Source: Ascidiella aspersa (lineage: Eukaryota). Taken from it: a DNA stretch of 64,000 nt. Positions 60,961 to 64,000 of the stretch are shown piece by piece. Position numbers and translations under genes: made by a program. Within the stretch, counting starts at the first letter, position 1. Each line of letters starts with the position of its first letter. Below the pieces are notes generated by a model. That model had not been told where the DNA came from. It searched no databases and was given only the letters and a program-made list of their open reading frames with translations. The DNA lies in the NCBI GenBank assembly GCA_963924565.1, contig OZ004607.1, positions 10,974,001-11,038,000 of the forward strand, given 5' to 3'.

Positions 60961-61549
60961 CAGGGAGTCGAACCGTTTGACTTTTCCGGTTCAGGTTCGG
61001 TTCGGGTTCAAGGATTTTTTCGGAATCCGGTTCAGTTCCGGTTTCGGTTCGGAGGAATTTAAAAGATCCGGTTCAGCTCCGGTTCGACCATCGCTATTTC
61101 AAAACCGGTTCATAAAGTTCCGGTTCAGATACAATATAATTTGCGTTAAATCTCAAAATATGGGTCGATACATGTAGAGAATAATGTTTGAATTGTAAGT
61201 CATTTAATCTAAGTTACGTGACTTATTAAAAAAACAGCAACTCAATATTGAAATATAAAATACAAAATCAACAATTTTTCATTCAATATTCATATTTTTT
61301 TCATAAAATTTCAAACATGGCGTAACTTGACTCTGTAAAATAGAAGTTGTGACGTCATGCCGGAGCGAACCGCTTTTATTTACAGGTTCGGGTTCGGTTA
61401 AGGTTCAGGTACTTTCAAATTATTCGGTTTAGTTCCGGTTCGGCTCCTTAAAATCTTATTAAAAACGGTTCAGGTTCGGTTACGGTTCGGATAAAATTGA
61501 CCCAAAACCGGTTCATAAAGTTCCGGTTCGGTTCTGGTTCGACTCCCTG
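60961..61549. mobile_element. hAT-type MITE with arrays of (C)GGTTC subterminal repeats
   Basis: TIR CAGGGAGTCGAACC/GGTTCGACTCCCTG; TSD ATTAAATA/ATTATATA. Confidence 0.88.
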
Positions 61550-62310
61550 ATTATATATTAAAAGTCTATTCTTTGGTTGCGTAAACGCAGTTGCCGGTTT
61601 TATGGTATCATACTACGACGTCAAAACGCTCATTCTACGAGTTTCGACAACACAACTTTTGACAAGCAAACAATATAGTTACTATGTCTCTAGCATTTAG
61701 AGTTGTTCAGGAAGCGACCCAAACAATACCAATTGTCATTGTTCCAGTCTCATTGTTAAATCTACCTGCTGCTGAGATATACTATAATATAAGATATATT
61801 GTGCAAATTTATATGTGAAAGATATTTTTAACTGTTTCGATCGTCAGTCAAGTATTAACGTTTCACCGACAACTTCGGCACAGGTGCATGTGCCTAAATT
61901 AGATATGTACGACAGCTGACTTTCTGGAATGAAATAATGTTAATCTTGTTAAGCGACCAAACATTGTAAACAGCTTGTAGATTTTAGATGCAAATGAGCG
62001 TGAAATCGTAATCAGTTTGTGTAGGCAATTTCCCAATACAGTTGTGCCACTTGCAGGCTGTTTGTGAATTCGCTATAAACTGTTGTGACGACTTGGTTCA
62101 TCGTCGACTTAAGTGTTCTTGGATAACTATTTTAAAATAAACCGATGTAATTCCCTTTAGAAAAAAGAATTGACTTACGTCACTTGGGAAAAAATAAAGT
62201 GCAATAATTTCAAAAGAACTTTATTTACCATACTTGTTGTCGAAACCAAACGAACGTTTGTGTTTTTTTTAATGACACTGTATTGTAAATTTGGTCTACA
62301 GCTTGGCGAC

Positions 62311-63331
62311 ATGGGTATGTCGAAAAACACCCGAAAGTTGTACTTGATACTGCTTTTAGCCGTTGCACTTGTCTTTTCCCACACTTTTTACTTAACCACC
62401 AAGTATGAACGAGTAGTAAGCAAAGACCCAGTGATACGCCTAATGAAGACGACATCAACTATGAAACCCTTTAACTCGACGTGGACCTTAACAAGCGCAG
62501 AAGTTCTATTAAAAAGGTCAAGGAAAGAATCCTGGATCAAATTGGATGACCCGGAAATCAAACTGTTGCGTAAGTGTATACTGAAATTTTAAATCGGGGT
62601 GAATTTAAAATGCAGCGTACACATACGATTTTAAGACATAGGTCGCATTGTTATAACTTAACAATGTCACAACGCAGATTTAACATATATATGCAGCCTA
62701 CTCTGTTTGAAGCTCTACATTGCGCTATTTTAGGATGTTGTTACAATTGCAAAGATAACAGGTTCTTAGACAGCCTACTTACTTTAATGATACCTATAAT
62801 TAAAGTCTTGACTTTGTTTGATTAAATGTGTGGGATTATTTATTAATGCGGGATTCGAGCATATAATATTTTACTGGTTCATCCGTTGATCTAAAGTCGT
62901 TTTTTTCTTCATGACGTCACTGGGCTACTTCTTTGACGTATTTTCCTGAAACAGAGACAGGTGCCACAATTTTTTCATACCTTTTGAAGGGTGTCACTAT
63001 ATAAAATCTATTGCCTACAGCCCTACAGGGCCCAAAACCTGACCTGTTATTTTATAAGAAAGCTAAGGTTGTTTTTACATATTTTACAAAATACTTTACA
63101 TTGATGAAATATTAACGTTGGCAAGTATAATTAAGCAGTTTATTCGTTAACCTTTGTTAACCTTTAGACTCAACGTCTCTTCACCCATTGGCACTTGACG
63201 AACCGTACGCCAGCAGAATCAAAGGAATAAGATCACGATGTGAAAAGCAAGGCGCAATTAACCCGCTTGTGGATCTTTCTGGGATGATTTATGACGATAA
63301 TCACAAAGTGGTCATGTGTGAAATACCTAAG
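62311..63331 (+). CDS. Golgi carbohydrate sulfotransferase (Sulfotransfer_2, CHST8-14 family), 5' part. Exons 62311-62569 and 63168-63331; the rest is presumably beyond the window
   Basis: Type II membrane N-terminus (RK + LYLILLLAVALVF), a stem region, then MIYDDNHKVVMCEIPK, the lead-in to the 5'-phosphosulfate-binding motif. The phase-1 junction is in frame. Confidence 0.8.
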
Positions 63332-63704
63332 GTAGGCTATTCCTTTAAAGTTGGTTGTAAAAACGAGTTAACTAAAAGTAATCTGTTAAAACTTTTCAGC
63401 TAAATCCTTTTCTTTATTTTTTTCGTGTAAGGTAATGTGTGTCTTTTGCTGGCTCTGTATCGAGTGTTGCCTGCAAATCTGCAACCTAGTTAAACAATTT
63501 ATGATGTTATTCAAATAACGTTCACAAATTAAAACAAATATATCAATTTTCAGCAAAAGTAAAACCAAAAACACACACAATTTAAGCAAATTTATTTGGT
63601 AGGGCAGCACAATGGCTATCTATTGGGTGCTCTTTTTAAATTGTTTTCTTCACCAAAAAGAAATTTTCACACTTTTTGAAAGATATATAGGCTCACACAT
63701 GCGT

Positions 63705-64000
63705 TTAAACTTTAAAACAACTGTGATCAAGCTGAGTAGTATAGTTGGTTGAGCGACAGTCTCGGTATAACGGCCCAGGTATGGAGGTAGTGGATGAGCA
63801 GGTAGCCTCGTTGTCCTGCCGGTCGCCATGGGTTTTCGAGCTCCACGCATTGTGGTGCATAAATTTGATGGCGGCCAGCAGGGCATCGTTGTTAAAGAAG
63901 GAGGCTTCTGCGTCGTCCACCTTCAAGACCTTGTGGCGGAACCTCAACGCCATTTGCCCCACTCCCTGACTATCATTGGTCATGATAGAGGCGTAATCGG
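63705..64000 (-). CDS. Possible terminal coding exon of an unidentified minus-strand gene (or a TE fragment), open to the window end
   Basis: GC-rich island with an uninterrupted frame DYASIMTNDSQG...CFKV*; no recognisable motif. Confidence 0.3.
   Translation of the reverse strand, partial: DYASIMTNDSQGVGQMALRFRHKVLKVDDAEASFFNNDALLAAIKFMHHNAWSSKTHGDRQDNEATCSSTTSIPGPLYRDCRSTNYTTQLDHSCFKV

Noticed and set aside
60961-61549. CRISPR-like or satellite array
   Set aside because: Irregular 5-6 bp motifs enclosed by TIRs and a TSD, i.e. MITE subterminal repeats in a eukaryote.
63901-63969. Sulfotransferase exon 3 (SASSTFKTLWRNLN resembles the rest of the PSB motif)
   Set aside because: No polypyrimidine/AG acceptor in the right position, and an in-frame stop follows without a donor.

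Overview
Eukaryotic, AT-rich animal genomic DNA with GT-AG introns and no prokaryotic features. It is most likely an ascidian tunicate; this is inferred from the GPCR subtype, the mosaic CpG depletion, the single-exon genes in a tight cluster and the MITE types. Hand-spliced genes: a SWAP70/DEF6-like gene (-, runs off the window start), a single-coding-exon CCDC28 (-), a single-coding-exon USP48 (-), a 5-exon UNC119 (-), a 10-exon secreted coiled-coil + fibrinogen-domain protein (+, 537 aa) whose 21.5-kb intron contains a complete 3-exon orphan rhodopsin-type GPCR on the opposite strand (709 aa), and the 5' part of a carbohydrate sulfotransferase (+). The best candidate system is a putative polycistronic USP48-CCDC28-SWAP70 unit. 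It has one CpG-rich promoter, a continuous CpG-depleted body, and a splice acceptor just upstream of each start codon. It lies directly downstream of UNC119, forming a co-oriented cluster of genes linked to ciliary and synapse trafficking. Non-coding DNA holds many hAT MITEs with 8-bp TSDs (one nested), two tRNA-derived SINE copies, a 147-bp near-perfect hairpin, a 23-bp palindrome with an 8-bp TSD and recent tandem duplications. All splice models are manual predictions.
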